Shown in pieces: positions 24,351-25,993 of a stretch of 25,993 nt of DNA. The notes under the pieces are model-generated. The model did no database searches, was not told where the DNA came from, and saw only the letters and a program-made list of their open reading frames with translations. The number at the start of each line of letters is the position of its first letter. Within the stretch, counting starts at the first letter, position 1. This DNA comes from a virus (Duplodnaviria > Caudoviricetes), in the IMG/VR virus record IMGVR_UViG_3300046757_000313, positions 1 to 25,993 of that record. The stretch is one strand, 5' to 3'. The position numbers and the translations under genes were made by a program.

Positions 24351-25015
24351 TGTTTGAACATCTTGATTATTTGAAAGATGAAGTTGATTTAGAAGCACAG
24401 AATATCGAAGGGACTCGTTTTTATCGGGTTCCTTCTGGTAAGATGTACCCTTCAATTACCTCTATCACCAGTTTCTATGGACGCCAAACCTTTATAGATT
24501 GGCGTAAGAGAGTTGGTAATGAAGAGGCAGACAGAGTTACTCGGATTGCTACTACTCGTGGAACTAAGTTTCATGATTTGGTAGAACAGTATATGTTGAA
24601 CAATAATGTAGACGATTTCAAACCTCTACCAACTACAAAGTTTCTCTTTCTCAAGGCTAAACCTTTTCTAGACCGTATAAATAATATACACGCTTTAGAA
24701 AAATCACTCTATAGTGATTACCTTGGACTTGCGGGTCGCGTTGATTGCATCGCGGAGTACGAAGGAGAACTCGCAGTCATTGACTTTAAGACATCTAAGA
24801 AAATCAAACCTGAAAAATGGGTTGAGAACTACTTTGTTCAAGAAGTAGCCTATGCTTGTATGTATTATGAAATGACTGGAATTGCAGTCGAAAAATTGAT
24901 TACCATTATGGTAGCTGATAATGGAGAATGTCACGTCTATGAAAAACGCAACAAAAGTCACTATATTAAACTTCTTACCAAGTACATCCGAGAGTTCGTC
25001 GAACATCACGCTTAA
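24350..25015 (+). CDS. PD-(D/E)XK exonuclease of T4-like cyanophages
   Basis: YPSITS, RGTKFH, E..LYS..LGLAGRVDCIAEY.G.LAVIDFKTS, YFVQ..AY. Confidence 0.9.
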   Translation: MFEHLDYLKDEVDLEAQNIEGTRFYRVPSGKMYPSITSITSFYGRQTFIDWRKRVGNEEADRVTRIATTRGTKFHDLVEQYMLNNNVDDFKPLPTTKFLFLKAKPFLDRINNIHALEKSLYSDYLGLAGRVDCIAEYEGELAVIDFKTSKKIKPEKWVENYFVQEVAYACMYYEMTGIAVEKLITIMVADNGECHVYEKRNKSHYIKLLTKYIREFVEHHA

Positions 25016-25019
25016 TCTT

Positions 25020-25280
25020 ATGCCAAACACTGAAAAAGTAGACTCACTAATAAAAGAAAAGTTTCTTTGTCAGTCAAAGTTTGCACAAGATATTGAACAT
25101 TTGGTCGCGACTTCAAGGATTAACTACATCGAAGCAATCGTAACTTATTGCGAAGAGAATGGTATTGAGTTTGAATCGGTAGGTAAACTAATTTCAAAAC
25201 CCCTAAAGGAAAAACTTAAGTGTGAAGCGATTCAACTTAACTTCCTCAAAAAAACCAGTCGTGCTAAATTGATGTTTTAA
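25020..25280 (+). CDS. gp33: Late-transcription coactivator gp33
   Basis: F...IE..V......YIEAIV.YCEEN.IE.ESV.KLISKPLKEKLK.EA..LNFLK; directly before gp59; ATG 25020. Confidence 0.88.
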   Translation: MPNTEKVDSLIKEKFLCQSKFAQDIEHLVATSRINYIEAIVTYCEENGIEFESVGKLISKPLKEKLKCEAIQLNFLKKTSRAKLMF

Positions 25281-25873
25281 TGATGACACCGCTAGATGTT
25301 TATAAGACATACCTAGCATTCAAGAATCATTTCACTAAGGAAAACTACGACTACTTTCAATATTGTGGAAAGTCTCGAGCATCTAAAGAGGCTTTCCACA
25401 AGAGAAAGGATCGGTATTTTTTTGAACGTATGTCACGAAAGAAGAGTGATGACGAAATCAAACAATATTTTCTCGCCAACTTTGTTGAATGTAGTGATCC
25501 CAGTAAACTGTGGATCGGTGAAATTATTGAATCGGGTGAGTCTAATTACCAGAATTGGTTAAAGAGATCTCAGAGTCTCACATATTTGTTTAAGACTGAA
25601 GTAGAAGTCTTTATCAACAAAAAGAATTTTGAACAACTATTCAAAGTAAAAGGAACAAATCATCCAGACATCTTAAAGAAGTATTTGCAAGGTGCAATCT
25701 CTATAGAGACACTAGTAATCCTTAATTTGATACTTGGATTTGTACCTAACTTTGACAAAAAACTAATAGATCCTGTTTGGGAAACTACCAGTCTACGACT
25801 CAAAAAATATCAGGCTTTCCTAAATAATGATAGCAGTAAATACAAAAAAATCTTAAAAGAAATAGTCTTATGA
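25280..25873 (+). CDS. gp59: Helicase loader gp59
   Basis: YKTYLAFKNHFT...YDYF.Y.GK.RAS...F.KRKDRYFF, ISIETLVIL. Confidence 0.9.
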   Translation: MMTPLDVYKTYLAFKNHFTKENYDYFQYCGKSRASKEAFHKRKDRYFFERMSRKKSDDEIKQYFLANFVECSDPSKLWIGEIIESGESNYQNWLKRSQSLTYLFKTEVEVFINKKNFEQLFKVKGTNHPDILKKYLQGAISIETLVILNLILGFVPNFDKKLIDPVWETTSLRLKKYQAFLNNDSSKYKKILKEIVL

Positions 25874-25993
25874 GTAAATTCTTCGATTCAGAAATTGTAA
25901 AAGAACAGATCAAAGAAATGGAAGATCTCCAAAAAGAGATCGTCAAAAAAACAATGTCTGCTCCATTTATGGATAGATCTGAAAAGAGGGAAC
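25870..25993 (+). CDS. Partial hypothetical protein (DUF1825-like; MSKFFDSEIVKEQIKEMEDLQKEI...)
   Basis: ATGA overlap with gp59; runs off the window; FFDSEIV start. Confidence 0.65.
   Translation, partial: MSKFFDSEIVKEQIKEMEDLQKEIVKKTMSAPFMDRSEKRE

Noticed and set aside
24350-25015. Cas4-like nuclease suggesting a CRISPR system
   Set aside because: No repeat-spacer array or other cas genes seen, and no Fe-S Cys set; this is the ordinary exonuclease between phoH and gp33
899-25562. Other minus-strand and alternate-frame ORFs in the track (e.g. 899-1294, 6822-7112, 17132-17455, 24704-25030, 3617-3856, 21208-21447)
   Set aside because: Shadow ORFs overlapping better-supported genes, with no recognisable motifs
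1-25993. Cyanobacterial chromosome or prophage origin; tRNA genes, introns or inteins
   Set aside because: gp33, gp59, late promoters and gene packing indicate a lytic T4-like phage; no integrase, tRNA cloverleaf or interrupted core gene was seen by eye

Overview
A 26-kb segment of a T4-like marine cyanophage (cyanomyovirus) genome. Almost all genes are on the + strand and tightly packed. Assignments come from recognising motifs by eye; no database search was run. The right end holds T4-like core genes (phoH, exonuclease, gp33, gp59) plus thyX, glutaredoxin and an HNH nuclease. Host-like metabolic genes are glyA (partial), talC and a CP12-like gene. Positions ~2.5-17 kb form an accessory island rich in sugar and small-molecule enzymes: kdsB and kdsA (the only minus-strand gene), two amidinotransferases, two radical SAM enzymes, a short DegT-type aminotransferase, several 2OG-Fe(II)/cupin proteins and three tandem GT25-like glycosyltransferases. 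These surround two short late-promoter tail-fibre-like genes, and two more GT-A glycosyltransferases lie at 21.6-23.3 kb. The two best leads are: (1) a tandem glutamine-riboswitch-like RNA at 19416-19641 whose second copy carries a whole 54-aa ORF inside its P2 loop, with the AUG in the stem, upstream of a DUF4278-like peptide; (2) a possible phage pathway for a guanidinylated amino-sugar glycan.
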